Part shown: piece after piece, positions 14,101 through 27,451 of the stretch
Layout of the letters: each line of letters opens with the position of its first letter
How positions within the stretch are numbered: position 1 is the stretch's first letter
NCBI RefSeq assembly: GCF_001949145.1
Contig: NW_019091355.1
Span: 4,785,518-4,849,517 of the forward strand
DNA length: 64,000 nt
DNA from: Acanthaster planci
Lineage: Eukaryota
Direction of reading: 5' to 3'
Program-made: the position numbers and the translations under genes
The notes under the pieces: model-generated
Databases searched by the model: none
Told to the model about the DNA's origin: nothing
What the model saw: the letters and a program-made list of their open reading frames with translations, nothing else

Positions 14101-15244
14101 CAAGATCAGGGAGCCAAGTTCCCAGCGGATCTTGTGATGGATTCTCAAGACATTGGAATGTCAGTTATCTGCAGCAAGCCTCACCACCAAAACATGCGGT
14201 CCATGTTTACGGTAGCGATACAAAAACATGTGGGCCTACAGACAGCATGCAACCCTAATAACATTCCCGCTGTACTTATGAAATCATTTTTTCCCCCTCT
14301 GAGGCAGGGTGTCAATTGTGATGGTTGACTGCCAGGAATCTGTCTGAATAGCAGACTGAAATGTGTCGAGGGCGGGGAGGGGGAGAGGTACATTGCTCTT
14401 GATAGTAGGGTACCGGTAATGTACAGGAGGAGTTAGGCAGAGCTAGCGTCCTAGCTATGGTGCATTACAGTGTTGTGCAGGGAGGGATATAAATTTCTGC
14501 TTCCTGGAGTTACTCATCAAAACTGTATGTTATAAAATGAGGGAGCTGCATTGCCACAGCCTCTGTATTTGTTTGGTGATTTATTGTTGATGTTGGTGCA
14601 AATTTCTGAGAAACGTTTGGACTAGTGTGCTGGTTTGTGCCAATTTGAAAGGGGGCGGGGATTAATCATCAATGCCACTAGTCTCTCCTCCCACCCCATC
14701 CTGCCCCACCCCCAAAGAATGGACCGGGTATTTTAGCTTAACTTACTGAACTGTTGCACTGAGATATGGCTCAATTTACAAAAAAAAAATTGAATAAAAT
14801 TCTGAAAATTTATCAAATCCCATGAAATAAGTCTATCCTGACATCTTGGTTTTTGAAGCCGGAGCCCATATGATTTGCCCCTTTTGAACGCGGTCATTGT
14901 ATCCAGACAAGATGGCCAGTCTCGCCTTTGGTCAACAGTTCGAGTTCTTCACAATTTGTTTGATTCTCCAGTTAAAGTCCTTACCCCTACCCCAATTCCA
15001 TGAAAGAAACAATCAACTGTACTCCCACCCACCCCCAGGAAAATCCCTACCCCTGGGGTTTACCTCTTATGTTACATGCCTCTCCTCCAAAAAAAAACCA
15101 AATCACCAAACCCCATCATAGGGTCTAGGTGGAGGTACAATCCATACCAGTGCCTAGTTCAGAGGAAACCTTGAGAAACCAATTCCCAGAACAAAACCCA
15201 GACAGAATGCTCCAAGGATCACAGCTGTGGCTTTTAGCAGTTAC

Positions 15245-15463
15245 TGGCACAACACAGCAACAACAGACAATTATCTGGAGGATTTTTTTCCTCAATGGTG
15301 TCATCGTGGTGTCATCAACATCCGGCCTTGGGCATTCAGTATTGCTCCAGACATTAAACCATTCTCCAGGTTGTTTTTTTTCTTCTGGTCCACTGGTTGA
15401 ATTCATGAATTGGAAGCCCAGGGCTATGTCTGAAGTGGGTATAACTCCAACAGGTGTGCTCAC
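15245..15463 (-). CDS. Candidate 219-nt phase 0/0 exon ending in a Cys cluster (VSTPVG...MNSTSGPEEKK...LRKKILQIIVCCCCVVP)
   Basis: The open frame begins exactly after tcattctctgacag, with an in-frame TGA just upstream. It ends at CCA|gtaact, a weak donor. The length is 73 codons with an internal ATG at 15406. The basic + hydrophobic + CCCC motif resembles palmitoylation clusters. Confidence 0.4.
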
Positions 15464-18400
15464 CTGTCAGAGAATGATTTTTTTAATCTGTGATGCTGAT
15501 TGTGAAGAAATCACGTTGAAGATTTCGCTTCTATTTCTCTGTTTCCTTCTTGTCCTGTTATGAAAAATTTTATCGCGTACATTTCACAGGAAATGGGACT
15601 GGTTAGAATTAAATTTGAATTTCTATTGATTTTTTTTAAATGGGGGGTCTGGATTAAATTTTGATTCTTCAGGTTATACAGGTTGCAACTGATTTTCTTT
15701 TTATCTTTATTTCAATTTCTGAAAAATGCAATGTATTGTTTTACCACTTGGTAACTGTGAGTAATAAAATCTGATAATGACAAGATGTTTTTCACTGATT
15801 TTCATTATGCGGCCCTGTCATTTCATTTACAAAGTTGGCATATGAAACCAGATCCATTTCGTTTCTCAATCTCCACCGACACTATGTCATCTGATATTCG
15901 TATCACAGACAGATGCTGCTTAGTTCGCGTCCTCATCGAGAGCGCACACCAGACGCTCTGCGCCTGCTCAGGGGACAGCATGGCGTGTACACCTCATCAG
16001 AGGAGAGATGGTTTCTGCACTATTGCATTCCGCATCACCTGTCGTCTTCACAGACAGCTTGCGGTTCTGTGCTGCACAGCAGCCAGGGAAGTTTTTGGCG
16101 GGCTCCTTGCCCGCCACAACATTTTATTGTGGCCTAACCCTTCTCCGAATGAGCCAAGCTACATGTAACAATGACTGAAATTAATCAGAAGTATCAAAAT
16201 TTGAATCAACATTCAACAAAAATTCATCCCACTGTCAACTTGATCCCGCAATATTCTGGGTTACACATGCTCTTGTTGTTCTCATGAAGACCATATTAAA
16301 ATTAAAAACCAAAGAAATTATTTTTAAAAGCCTAATCTACTCTGGGGTTTTTTGTTTTTTGAATTTTTTTTTTAGATATTTCTCAAGGTATATAGACATT
16401 ATCTTATTTTACACGGTCTGACCTTTTCAGGGAGAGAGGGCAACAGATAAGACGTTTTCAAGCAGATGCTTCGTTGGCCCCACAAGTATACATGTGGGTA
16501 TTAATGATGTACATGTACATACACATGTACTGTGGCATACATGTGTACATGTACAAATGCTGGTTAATATACATTGTATAGGCGTGCCAGTGCCTGTACA
16601 TCCATACATGTACTTTGTAAGTATGAAGCATTTTTGTAAGAATATTTTCAGGAAATAATTTCCATGAAGTCAAAACATGGATGTTACTTGTATTTCCAAG
16701 AAATCTGGACACAACGGAGCACTATACATGACTATTTATGCAAAGGACTGCACACAGAAATTTTCAAAGAGGCAATGGGCTCCATGACTGTTTTTCTAAG
16801 GCGATCAAGTTTCTGACGGGAAATCTCTCCAAACGGTTGTCTATCCTCCAAACATTGAGAAAATGAAAGAAGAGAGAAAGAAGCTTTGATTTCATGGGTG
16901 CTTTCAACACACTGCCTATATTTTCTGATTTGCTCCACAGACAAATCCAAAGAGCCAGCGCACTCATGCGCATGTCTAAATTTGAGCGCAAGCGTTCACT
17001 TTGGCAAGTCAAGACGCTCTATTGGTCGGTGAGGAATGTACATGTAACGCGAATGTATCACCTGCACGCGGACAGGAATGGCCCTGCAGTAAGGCTTCTG
17101 ATTCTTTTCGCTGGATTTGTCTATAATGGGTACATGTAGTTTGATTTTTGTCTGTGGCAACTTATTTACTGATCTACCAACACAAACATCCCAAAGCTAT
17201 CCATAAAGAAAACCCCTCCCTGGGTCCTCTCAGCACAGGCGAGGTCATCCCACTTTTATCCTCTTAACTCTCTGTCCCCCCCCCACAGCGTACTCCATAG
17301 AATCCACCTGTTCGAGCATGAAATCTCCATTAGGTGATGCTTCGCATGTCAATGTACTGACTGGACAAAAAAATTATGCCCTGGCGAGTTGACAAGCAGG
17401 AAAGTGCTGGAAAACGTGACAGTTCTCAGTGTGCTCAGGCTTCATCAAGTTAGTGTTGCAAATCCAACAGAAGGGGAACAGCTGACTTCCGTAATACATG
17501 TACTTCTTAACTATTTGTTAAAAAAGAATTTACGCTTGTCAAGATACTTATCAAATTATACTGAAATTAGTCTTAAGTTAGCTAATGTCTCTTGTAGTGC
17601 TTGAATACCCTTGTGTAAATGGTTATTAACAGTCCCCATGGAAACCATTAACATTTACAAACATGTATTTTTAAAAGCAGGGATCTCTGTGCAACTGAAC
17701 ATAATTCTTTTGTGATTAACTTTTCAAGGTTTATGCAGGAAGTATTGTATAGGTACCTTGTTGAAAGTTTGTTTTTTTCTTAATTAAATAAGGAAAAGAA
17801 AATCCCATGTATGGCTGTATGTACATGTACTTATCATGAGAGAGTAGAAACATCTGGCCGGTAAAACTGGTAGAGCAACAATAGATTCTTTAAAAATAGC
17901 TCATGAACAACAAATATGATAAAACGTGATCCAATTTTAACGCAAAAAAAATAACAAGGAGGGGCAAAATCTGCCCTGTTAACATTTTTCCCAATATTGT
18001 ACATGCAGCAGTGCATTTTTCATATAGATACTGAGTCTTCAGGAGTTTTTTCAGTAATATCTTGTGGTCATTTTAACACCGAGCCGGTGAGAACTTGACA
18101 GACAGGTACCCATTACCATTCTCACCCAGTGGCCATTTTTCAGAGACAGGTCAGAAAAAAAAGAATACATTTTCCAATGATGTGCTTGATGCTCGCATGC
18201 AGGCCAAACACGTGGCATTGATCTTCCAATGGCCATAACAAATTCGTAAGTCAGACTCAGGTGAAACTTCGCAATTGCACTGATAGTCAGTGTTCGTACA
18301 AGCATGCCAAGTTTTACAAAGATCGGGTATAAGACGGCTGAGTTCTTGGGGTGGGAGGAAGGAACCCGCCCTTCCCAGCTGTTAGATCTTTTAGAGAGGC

Positions 18401-20178
18401 TGAAAGACGCTCTTTTAGGGTTTTTAACCTACCACAAGCTGAAGCTGCCCTCTCATCAGATGAACGATGGTACATGTACATGTATGTATATGAGCGTGTA
18501 TACTTACAGTGCCGCAATAATGGCAGACACATCATATGAACTCAAAGTATTCCTGCAAAAGCTCAGGCCGTTTGGTTAAAGAGTGTCCTCTCTCGTTCAT
18601 ACACAACATCCAATGCAACAAATACAATCCGGGCGTGGCTACTGTCACTTGACTGACGGTATTCACTCTTAATGCAGGTACATGTACCGTAGCTGGGCCG
18701 CCAACAAAGTCATCATAAGAGCTAGACACCATAAACCCAAACACTAATCCTACATTTCTATTTATGTTGCTGTATTCCACATCAAAGCACTCTAAACATG
18801 TACAAAGGCCACCTCTGTTGCCTGCAGCATTTAACTGAAAATGTTTTGTAATTCCCCAGCTACATGTGCCTAACGGCAACAAATATTTAGCTTTGTGAGA
18901 GTAAACTCCTAGATTCATTCAAATCCAACAGAAAGCTTTGGAAGATTGTCAAGGGCTGAGGAGAGAAAAACCTGACCACTATTACTTTCCATGGAAACTG
19001 ATTACCCTTGAAAGTGTAGTTGCAATAACAAATCAGCCCAGCTATTTTCTGCAAAGGGGAGTATTTTGGCTCTTAGGAAGAATGCCAGGAGGATTTGTTT
19101 AACATGAGAAAATAATTCTTGTTTGGGGGATGAAGTTTGTGCGAGACAAGAAAACATGTCTTTAAGCCGGAATTTGTCTCACTTAAGGAAAACCATTTTG
19201 ACAATGCTTATAATGAGGAGGGTGCAACTAGATGGGAGAATCAACGGGAAGGATGGACGGTTGAACACTCCTTGGCCCAAATATCTGAGTATAGACTGAA
19301 ATTACAAGCTACACAGGATACACTCAACTGGTAACCTGCATCTACCAACCTTACAATGTAACATTCAATACAATGATCCAATTACGTTTATTTCTCAAAA
19401 CTGTGATTTACATGTACCTTACGGATGTTCTCAGAATCAAAGTCAAACTCTTCCATCTGCACGAGGGGAGAGGTGGTCATTGTGCTTGCTCACTTGTCCG
19501 AACTGGGAGACGGTGATGACAACTAAAAATGATAAATCCAGGCGGAACTAATCCCTGTGATCCACGGGGGAATCCACACGGCATCCACAGGTTGTGCAAA
19601 TTGACAGGAATTCAACAAATGGTGTGCATCCACTGAAAGTTCATGTCCATTGGAGAAGGAAAAAAGAGAGATTCACCACAAAATGCTCAAAGGGCCAAAC
19701 CATGCTATGTGATGCCGCTCCAAACGAGATGTACAGTAGGCTGAGACACCCACCACGAGATTCCCCCGGAATGCTGCCTTTCATCCACTGGAAAAATGAC
19801 AAATTATTCATTCATCCACTGCAAAAGCAAAATCACAATATGTGAGTAAACAAAAATCTGCAGCACCTGTCCGATACTGCCAGTTCAGCCCAGACGTCTT
19901 GTGGGGAAAGGAAAAGACAGCAGGGACAGAAGCTGAAACTGATGGCAAGGACTCAATTATGGCAACGATGCCGGCTCGAGCTGACTGCTCGTGTGCCCTA
20001 CACGTGTGTGCGGAGGAGAGGAGGGTTACCAACGATGATTCTCTCGTCAGTGAGAACGACGGGCGAGATGCCCGAATGGCGAGCACACTGTATCATCAGC
20101 CACTCCCCATTAAACTGCAGTTCTGCATGTGCATCATATAGGTGTATACAGACAGCCGGTACATATGCATGTACTCAT

Positions 20179-20198
20179 ACACACACACACACACACAC
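20179..20198 (+). repeat. (AC)10 microsatellite
   Basis: acacacacacacacacacac read directly. Confidence 0.9.
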
Positions 20199-20880
20199 AA
20201 TCTGCACGCATTACGTCCATCCAGGCAGATATGCCGGTAATGACATGCGTACTCTGGACCTGCCCACAATCTCTTTCTCTTCAGCCGATCACAACTACTG
20301 TACATGTACAGGTACATGTACAGTATAATGCAGAGAATCACACCCTGCCTGTATGTACATGCACAGTGACAAACAACACTTGTGCTTTATCTAGCCTAGC
20401 TATACTGTAAGTTCCCTTTCTTCCCCCCTCCACCTGCTAGTGCCTAGCATCATTCTCATGTAAACACCGAAGCCCTGGGAGTCAATCTGGAGGGCCCGGG
20501 GACTGGTAACAAAAAAAAAACACCACCTTGTCCTTTCTCTCCCAGTACAGCAGTCACTGGCTAATTTACATATTCATGAGAATGTTCCCAGTCGACCAAC
20601 AGCTGCATGATTTCAAACAGTATACCAGGCAAGATATGGGAGGGAGGGGTACCCCCTTACCTGTCCAATCCCTATACACACTCTAGACTATTGTTACTTT
20701 ACACACCCCCTAGAAGTCCGTAAAGAATTCCTGAGATTCCGATCAACCAATGACCAACACAAAGGCAGGGAGTTCTCTCCATCCCATATATTGCTTCAAA
20801 TGTAATATTGGGAGCTGGGGGCTGACATCCCCTCCAGCACCTCCATATTGGCTCAGGCCATTATTGTACTATGCTCCCTT

Positions 20881-21116
20881 GGGCCAATTTCATGGAGCTG
20901 CTTATGCGCAAAATTTGCTTAAGTGCAAAACAGCCTTGCTTAAAAAACACAGGTTACCAGCTCAAACTCTGATTGTCATGCTAATCAAAAGACAGCTATT
21001 GATCCAAACACAATATACATCACATGGAATTTCGGCTGGTTACCTGATGTATTAAGCAAGGTTTTCTCGCCCTAATAAGCAAATTTTGTGCCTAAGCAGC
21101 TCCATGAAATTGGCCC
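20881..21116. mobile_element. MITE with about 40-bp TIRs, PIF/Harbinger-like termini (GGGCCAATTTCATGG)
   Basis: Left gggccaatttcatggagctgcttatgcgcaaaatttgctta pairs with right taagcaaattttgtgcctaagcagctccatgaaattggccc. Flanks ctt / ctg fit a degenerate 3-bp CWG target duplication. Confidence 0.8.
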
Positions 21117-24100
21117 CTGTTGGTATATTACATTTTATAACAGCTCGGGTTGTCAGGAGTGGAATACATGTATGTTTGGAAGCATTTCTACATCAGCATC
21201 ACATCAATAGAACAATGTATGCTCCAGTTGCTTGACACACACCCGACCCCTCTTCGCCTTGTTTACTTTTCTGAACATTATGCTAAGGAGGCACATTCTG
21301 GTTGGTGCAGAGAAAATGCCCACTGACCGTGAAGAATTTCAGATGTTAAAGTTGTGGCTGTTGTCAGCATTTGTAATGCAGTGTACAGTGTACATGTACG
21401 TGCGCGCACACAAATTGGTACATGTAGGTGGGATGGGATCACCCAACGACTGAAGAAAGTGCAACTCAGAACTCACATTTGAGAACTACCATCATAACTT
21501 AGAAAATATCTAAAGGCTTTCAGGACACTGCTAGAATATGATCATATGCATTCACCTGGCCTCATGATATCTCTAAAGAAGCCAGAAGCCAGGATATGGT
21601 GTCCATAATAGACTTAGCCCTGAAGGCCATATATTACTATAACCTAGCCAAGTCATGATGTCGGGCCTATCCGTATTGGCATAGGCCTATAACATTTGGA
21701 TTTCATTGACACCTGCATTGTTTTGTCTTCTACCCAGTTTTCTTTGAACTGTAGTCATTGCAATCTCACACTTCAATCCAATGGAGGACAAAAGCACAAC
21801 CAATTCCAGTATTTCGGGGTAAACTTCATTTCATTTCAATCTGATTCCAACAATATCAGTGGAATCCAAATATTTGGCATACTCTTACATGTACATTTTA
21901 TCCCAAGTCGCCTTACTTTTGAGAAACATATACAGGTCAGCAGAGAGAGACGGAAAGCTTTTAAAATAGGGATATTTTGACCCTGCCTTAATATTACCAT
22001 CAGTAAATGTGGGGGTAAAAAGTTAAAAACAAAACTAGGTTAATTGAAAAAAGCGCCAACTTCAAGGCATGCACCATGTTACATGTATTATCAGAGGCCA
22101 ACAATACATGCATACTTGCATGTAGGGTGTGTCCATACACTTTTATGGTTTTATGGTTTTTATGGTACACTTTTAAGCCGAACATTACATAAATACATGT
22201 ATATTTCATACAGTTACTTACATGTACATGTACATGACCAGGTTTGCTTACCAGCCCCCCCCCCACCAGGGAAAAAATAAACTGCCTTTCCAAAGTCTAA
22301 TGCAGACAATGGTGGGCCAATTTGCAGGAAACACTTGAAGCTAGGTGAATGGACTGTCTAATGGTGTGTTTGTGTAGTCTTTTGTTTGGCGAAACCTCTA
22401 CAGTGCACCTGGCAAGATGTTCAACTTTGATCCACATCCAACTCCGTTAGATAAATTTGTTTAGGCCACCGCACACCAGACACCAAAGAACCCCAGGACT
22501 TTTCAAGGAATACAGCAAAATTTAGCACATCCGTGTTTTTCGAAAGTTGCAGACACATGCAGACCTGCACGTACATGTACATGTATTTACATGTACATAC
22601 ATGTAAATGTATGGTAACCTAAAACTCTACCAAAAATGCATACATGTACACATGTACACATACTGTACTTACATGTATTCAGTCTTTTAAACTGTATTTT
22701 CAAACCACCGTCTCATGATACTGCTAAATTACCGTCATTTTCCAGGAAACTGTTGATATCCACTCCAGCAACAAGATGAAAACATTCCAATAATACAATA
22801 ATTCCCTTTGAGAACTTTCCCTTTGGTGACACAACATTTCCCTCCAATTTTTCAAGAGAAACTGTTTACTTTCTCTTGCGGCAGATATTTCAATTACGAG
22901 TGCAAAAATGTTGTAGTTACTAACAATCCCACATATCCCATCAAATTTTGACCACCTGCAAGAATTTCTGCAGAAACCCTGTCAAAAACAGTTCCCACAT
23001 TTTGCCGGTTATTTCCTTTGTATTTTTGTCCCTGCGACACCCATGAATTGACTCTTGATCATACACAGCAACTGTTTTTTTCCTCAGTCCATTCCACCCT
23101 TGCATTCTGAGATCTCAAGGGAATGACAATTTTTATCAGCTTGATGCATTGTACTAAAACGTCCTCAATATACATGCTAAAATTGCCAAGAAGTAGGGCA
23201 TACATGTACATGCATGCAGTGCACTAATGCAAGCCCCACTGAAAACAGTGTAAAATCAACCCAAAGTCCACCGCTCAATATTATGCAAGCCAAAATTAAA
23301 ACAATTTAGCAAAATATTGTCTTGTCCTTTCAAAATCTTTCCCATTCTTTTCAAATTTGGTAGGTTTGCAAATTACATATTCACACTCTGAAACAAACTC
23401 CATCCCCTTCCCAGGCAGTCATTTTTCCAAATGACAAGTCCTAGGCTATTTTCTTGGGAACTTACATGAACATGTACGACCATTTCTCAACCTTAAATTT
23501 ATCAACTCTACCCTCAGATGAAAGCCCTTAAAAACTAGGGAGTTGGTCCCTGCTTGTATTTAGAGAACTAGTTTGATTCTACTCAGATAATCATTCATGT
23601 TAACCATTATTTTAATTATTCACATTAACCATCAGATGCTGTCGTCATTGCTTGAAGGAGAGTATTAAAGAAATGCCAGTACACTGCAGCAAAGAGTTTC
23701 ATGCTCATTTAGTATTCACACAGTTCGACCATTTTGGGGGCCAATCTCCTCTTTGTTTTTTCAAAGAAACTGTGAGGGGGTTATGCTAATGAGTTCCACA
23801 GAAATTATCACTAGTGCATCAGTTACCGGTAGAGTACTGCACCCAGATGTACATGTACAGGTAAGTGTACCATATGTACACACATCATGTACATCTATAT
23901 GTAAATTCATATATCCATCCATCAAGCATTTCACCAGCGTGAGTCTTCCTCAACTCGCGGAAGAAAAACAGGGGAGTGGCACAAGTACACCATGACCATG
24001 TACATGTACAGCGTACACATAAGCTGCATCTTTGAAAGCGGCACTGCACACATGTACATGTACACATGCATAATGGATCAGACAATGCAATCAGCATTTG

Positions 24101-27100
24101 TAACACACAGGCTGTGCAAAAACATGTACTGTACAGTATGCATCCAACAAATCTTGTTCTGGCAATGCAGAATGGTATGTACATGTACGTACATGTACCA
24201 AATATGCTACGAAGCTAGTGAAACCCACATGTACATGTACACGTAAGATAAGTCTTGCATGCTGTATGCAAACAGTACTGTGTGTAGGGAAAGAAACTCA
24301 TTTTACCAGTGGATACTTTGCTATAGCACAGAGTTACAAACCCATAGCTCTATGGTTATAGTATGTACACAAGTACCGATACATGTACATGTATGGTAAA
24401 TATTGTAAGGCTATTTCCAGAACACCAACAATTTAGAAAGTAAAAAATCAAGACATGTATTATACATGTACAACACAAGTCGGAAATTAAAGCAAAAGGG
24501 TTTTTTTTTCTGAAAAACAAAAAGCCAGCTGCTCGTTCTTCTGGTTGCCAGGCAACCAGCTCACTACTGTGATTAGTATGCAGAGCGTGGTACCGCCAAC
24601 TTTGTGACTGCAAATGAAGTCGGGACTGCATGATAGTGATGATTTCTGCTCGATTCCGGGCAGAATTCGAGTGAATTTTTAACCCTGGAAGCATGGTAGA
24701 GCTCTGTCTTTTATCAGGGTTGACGTAGGGTCTGCTGATTGCAGACATGTTGGAGGCAAGAATGATGGGCAGACACTTCAGTTTTTACTTGGCCAAAACA
24801 AATGACAGGAAAAGAGGCAATCATGAATTTACCACCTTGATTGGTTCATCTCCTCTCTGATTCTAATGCACCCACCCACACAATTCAACATTTTTCCCCC
24901 GCATAGTTTTCTGAATGTGTTTATCCAACCTCTGTAGACAGTTAAATCCTCTTACCTTGAACTGTAATAATCAGTTTGGAGATTCGTTAAGAGCATTAAA
25001 TTGTGAAATGTCCAGCAAATACCGGTATGTTTAATGCTCACATGAAAATGTATTTTGGGATTAACAGGCATGATATGTAACCCTGAAAGCAACATAGGAA
25101 ACAGTTCTCTGGAGACCCTCAAAGTGTAATGACTGCAGTACAAAATGTTGAAAATGGACGGAATATATGCACTACATGTAGGTAATGAAAGAACAAAAAC
25201 CCAAAACCCTGTTACAATGGAAATAAATATGGCTGAATAATAAATCTTACATGTATGTACAGCTCGAGCATGTACCGTACTGGTACATGTATACGTGATA
25301 AAATAAAAGAGAAAAACGTAACCATAAATGGCAGAATACTTATAAAAATGAACATCAAACTGTTTAATTTCCCCTATTTCTTTCTGCAATGTAAACGTAA
25401 ATTTATACAACCAATTTCTGGGAGTGAGAGTATTGATTCACACGCATTGGCCTGCATATACAGACCTGTGTCCTTCCCTCAAACCCTCCAATGTGGCCCC
25501 AATTTCCCTGCATAATTACACCCGCAGCAATGCCAGACCTCTTTGCATGTAGCAGTTGATGTGGCGCAGACGTGTGACGTGCAACATCACTGCTGGGACA
25601 TGGACTCAAGCCAGTCACAAGGCTGATATGATAATTCGGTCTGCTCATTTGTCATCCAGAGCATCTCCCTATGGCCCCATCCCCACCCCAACCCCACACA
25701 GAGTCTAGTCAATTCGGTGAGACTTGAATAACACTCTAAAGGCAGTTTAGTTTCCAAACAAAACTTAATTCATTCTACTAATCTAAAAGAAAACTTCTCA
25801 TTTCCATTTTATAGGTGACCAGATCCTGCAAAGAGCATGTTATGGCCATTTACTCAGTAATTTTGACCTACATGTATCATTCAAATTTGGCATACTGACG
25901 AAAATAAAGATTATGTGGGTAAAAATCTGAAGGGATCCTGTTGACTATGCAAGATTCTTTCAAAGGCCACTCACTCAAGACGTGGCTTAGGCAACATACC
26001 GGTACAAGTCAAGTTGTTAGGTTGGGTAAAATGATCACAATTTACAAGTTTTTGTTAAACTGATTTTGTGAACTTCCACATCTCTGTGTAAATATCTACA
26101 ACAAATGAATAGGAAAAATTTACAAAATGTAACTTGAACGGGTTTCCAAACACGGTCACAAACTCTGTCAAGATTATTGGTGCCACTGCCTTAAATACGG
26201 CTCTATGCCATAAGTCTTCATTATTATTAAAAATAATTCTGCACATGTATTTCTAGCATTCAATCCTGCAAGATAATGAAACTGTTACCGATACACAAGG
26301 TTGAAACAGATGACATTTTATTCCAGTGAAGACAAGTTCTTCACTGAGTTACCAAAGAATGAAAAGATCATTAAATCTAAAATTTACCCAAACCACACTT
26401 TTACCCCCCAAAAATGAATAGTGTCAACTGCCGGCCAACGGGTACATGTACATGTATGGATGTACATGTACATGTATGGATGTATGTACATGTATATCAT
26501 GAGTGGAGATAATGGAAGTCAGGGCGACCACTGTTCTTAAAGTAGAGCACAAAATGAAAACATTTGAAACACGTCTAAAAGAGAAAATCTGATTCTTCAA
26601 TTTTATTTCCCTAGGATTCACACATCGTGACATCATATTCATGTCTGCAAATGAGTAACTGTACTGCGGCTTTTACATACATGTACCAGTACACTGGCCT
26701 GAATTTCACAAGCTAGCAAAGTTCTGCCTACTGAGGGCAGCAGACAACATTTCTAATCCACCGCAGAGTGCCAGGCTGGATTTATTTCTAGGCCACCCCC
26801 ACTCTCAATGGCCAAGTGTGAAAAAGCTTGATGACATGGTTTGACAGGTGTACACCGCCCAGTGAATCAATGCATACACAAGAACATGGCATTTAAAATG
26901 GCGAAACGTTTCAAGATGGAAATTCTTTACCTATGGGACATCACAAGACATTCAACAAAACTTGGAATTGAAAAATCATGACAAGAAAACTATTTCCTTT
27001 TACATGTATAACAATAGTTACATGTATGAAGCTTGTAAATGGAAAAATTCTGAAATATTTTAAACAAACTACATGTAGTTCACTGATGAATAACCTTTGA

Positions 27101-27275
27101 TAAAAAAGGAAAAGAGGCGTACGGTACATTGTTTATGAATTCAATGTTTTAATGGCACCATTGTTTTTCATTGTGCCAACCATAACAATTTGTTAGACAT
27201 TATAAACTGACAATTTAGAACAAGAAGTACATGTCCTTAATTTTTAAAATCAATTATCAATACAGTTATGTACAT

Positions 27276-27451
27276 CAGGGGTGTGAGTGGCCACTTAAAA
27301 TTAAAGCTGAAAACAGCTAGCAAAAAGCTGAGATGTAAAAAGTTCCTACACTTTTGTACAGACCAGGTGTACACTAAAGCTGAAATTTTGGGTCAACATC
27401 AACACACAAAAAAGCTGAAATCAGCTATAAAGTTGAATTCTCACACCCCTG
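27276..27451. mobile_element. hAT-like MITE with 12-bp TIR CAGGGGTGTGAG and internal AAAGCTGA repeats
   Basis: caggggtgtgag at 27276 and ctcacacccctg ending at 27451. Several aaagctga/cagcta motifs lie inside, and gtacat flanks both sides. Confidence 0.75.

Noticed and set aside
16732..16950. Protein-looking 72-aa minus ORF (DLSVEQIRKYRQ...)
   Set aside because: Non-ATG start and no flanking splice sites; more likely UTR or regulatory sequence.
19488..19530. Small AG...AA|gtgagc segment of 29 nt as a coding exon
   Set aside because: Frame-shifting length and not compatible with the phase-0 exon.
24356..24748. 130-aa minus ORF with good Kozak context (MSAISRPYVNPDKRQ...)
   Set aside because: No convincing in-phase donor was found and the C-terminal half runs into low-complexity DNA, though a first exon cannot be fully excluded.
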